17,082 nt of DNA from Candidatus Sericytochromatia bacterium (GTDB lineage: Bacteria; Cyanobacteriota; Sericytochromatia; S15B-MN24; JAQBPE01), in assembly GCA_035285125.1 (NCBI GenBank), contig JAYKHR010000119.1, positions 1-17,082 on the forward strand, given 5' to 3'. Shown here piece by piece: positions 16,958 to 17,082 of this stretch. The notes below the pieces were generated by a model. The model did not search any database, was not told where the DNA came from, and saw nothing but the letters and a program-made list of their open reading frames with translations. The first letter of the stretch is position 1; each line of letters starts with the position of its first letter. Position numbers and translations under genes: made by a program.

Positions 16958-17082
16958 GTGCAGACACCGTCTGCACAATGGAGCCCCGGAAGTTCGAACC
17001 CCACCAGCCCCCCTGACGGGGTGCGAACAAAAAAACGAACCCCCGCCTGGGTTGCAGGCGGGGGCTTCCCGAGGGGTGGCTG
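16958..17082. repeat. Long boundary element copy B (runs off window; att-like site 4 or the true tRNA 3' end)
   Basis: Homologous to 12540-12684. It ends in GAGGGGTGGCTG, the start of the shared core. Confidence 0.9.
17029..17064 (-). terminator. Intrinsic terminator
   Basis: CCCCCGCCTG-ggttg-CAGGCGGGGG 10-bp stem followed on the minus strand by TTCGTTTTTTT. Confidence 0.8.

Overview
High-GC bacterial DNA. The left part (1-8600) looks chromosomal: xseA (5'-truncated) and xseB, an operon of an MshEN-like protein plus two tandem DUF6065-like paralogs, a frameshifted NHL-repeat remnant, an aldo/keto reductase, a Zn-dependent alcohol dehydrogenase, an aldehyde dehydrogenase and a lipoprotein. 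The right part (8640-17082) is accessory. Four same-orientation copies of a motif reading on the minus strand as a tRNA-Gln-like 3' end (T-loop-like 7-mer, then ...CCCACCAGCCA) lie at about 8648, 12679, 16046 and 17077. They divide the region into three integrase-less segments of about 4.0, 3.4 and 1.0 kb. The cargo is a VOC/PhnB protein, a degenerate HEPN-MNT fusion with a truncated HEPN gene, a gluzincin peptidase, a hypothetical protein, an AlbA_2/HATPase/HTH protein and a RelE-XRE toxin-antitoxin pair. Segments 1 and 3 share both ends, and each boundary carries an inverted copy of the core. The best candidate for a new system is a tandem array of non-autonomous tRNA-targeted cassettes. All family calls come from motif recognition by eye; no searches were run.
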